Part shown: positions 63,297 to 64,000 of the stretch, piece by piece | How positions within the stretch are numbered: the first letter of the stretch is position 1 | Layout of the letters: each line of letters opens with the position of its first letter | NCBI GenBank assembly: GCA_051362555.1 | Contig: CM120646.1 | Coordinates: forward strand, 23,188,001-23,252,000 | DNA length: 64,000 nucleotides | Direction of reading: 5' to 3' | Source of the DNA: Lingula anatina | Lineage: Eukaryota > Animalia > Brachiopoda | The notes under the pieces: generated by a model | Told to the model about the DNA's origin: nothing | Database searches by the model: none | Seen by the model: the letters and a program-made list of their open reading frames with translations, nothing else | Position numbers and translations under genes: made by a program

Positions 63297-64000
63297 CTTG
63301 TGTCTTCGGATCTTGTCTAAGGCATCGCTTCTCTGGCTCCGACTGATCATGAAACAACTGTGTGAGCTTTTCTGAGATTCCCTCAAATCCAGCTACCATT
63401 TTTTCTTTCACATCTCTCTGACCATCAAGTACGTTTTCGAGATCTTTGGAGATTCCCTCAAATCCAGCTTCTGTTTTTTCTTTCACATCTCTCTGACCAC
63501 CAAGTACGTTTTCGAGATCTTTGGAGATTCCCTCAAATCCAGCTTCTGTTTTTTCTTTCACATCTCTCTGACCATCAAGTACGTTTTCGAGATCTTTGGA
63601 GATTCCCTCAAATCCAGCTTCTGTTTTTTCTTTCACATCTCTCTGACCATCAAGTACGTTTTCGAGATCTTTGGAGATTCCCTCAAATCCAGCTTCTGTT
63701 TTTTCTTTCACATCTCTCTGACCATCAAGTACGTTTTCGAGATCTTTGGAGATTCCCTCAAATCCAGCTTCTGTTTTTTCTTTCACATCTCTCTGACCAT
63801 CAAGTACGTTTTCGAGATCTTTGGAGATTCCCTCAAATCCAGCTTCTGTTTTTTCTTTCACATCTCTCTGACCATCAAGTACGTTTTCGAGATCTTTGGA
63901 GATTCCCTCAAATCCAGCTTCTGTTTTTTCTTTCACATCTCTCTGACCATCAAGTACGTTTTCGAGATCTTTGGAGATTCCCTCAAATCCAGCTTCTGTT
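63297..64000 (-). CDS. Partial upstream exon of the NLR-like gene: 25-aa tandem repeat region
   Basis: Open frame of (VKEKTEAGFEGISKDLENVLDGQRD)n followed by a unique end and AAG|gtatgt donor, phase 1; runs off the window. Confidence 0.7.
63373..64000. repeat. 75-bp coding minisatellite, at least 8 near-identical units
   Basis: tttcacatctctctgacc recurs at 63481, 63556, ... 63781 etc.; only the last units differ (GGQ, KMV). Confidence 0.95.

Overview
AT-rich animal (invertebrate-like) genomic DNA with two convergent spliced genes and many DNA-transposon relics. On the + strand, 5485-36998 is an echinoid/Fred-like cell adhesion receptor that I could splice by hand into one open 1146-aa frame of 18 exons: signal peptide, 7 Ig, 2 FN3-like domains, TM, and a tail with PPPY and a terminal SGYSTP..KKVIYEVIV motif. 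Two features around it are unexplained. (i) A 3264-nt phase-0 exon at 40457-43720 lies behind the normal 3' UTR and encodes a proline-rich, WH2-like/EVH1-ligand/RVxF/multi-tyrosine polypeptide that could be spliced in place of the PDZ motif. (ii) The 14-kb intron before the TM exon holds several candidate internal first exons that would make ectodomain-less isoforms, two of them with an ATG formed only at the splice junction. On the - strand is an NLR-like NACHT+LRR gene (48350 to beyond 64000) whose N-terminal part is a near-perfect 75-bp/25-aa tandem array joined through very small exons. Its introns hold a 3.8-kb foldback element with a 9-bp TSD and a three-level nest (Tc1-derived foldback > TTA-TSD element > TTAA-TSD element). 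All gene models come from splice signals and frame continuity only; no expression or database evidence was available.
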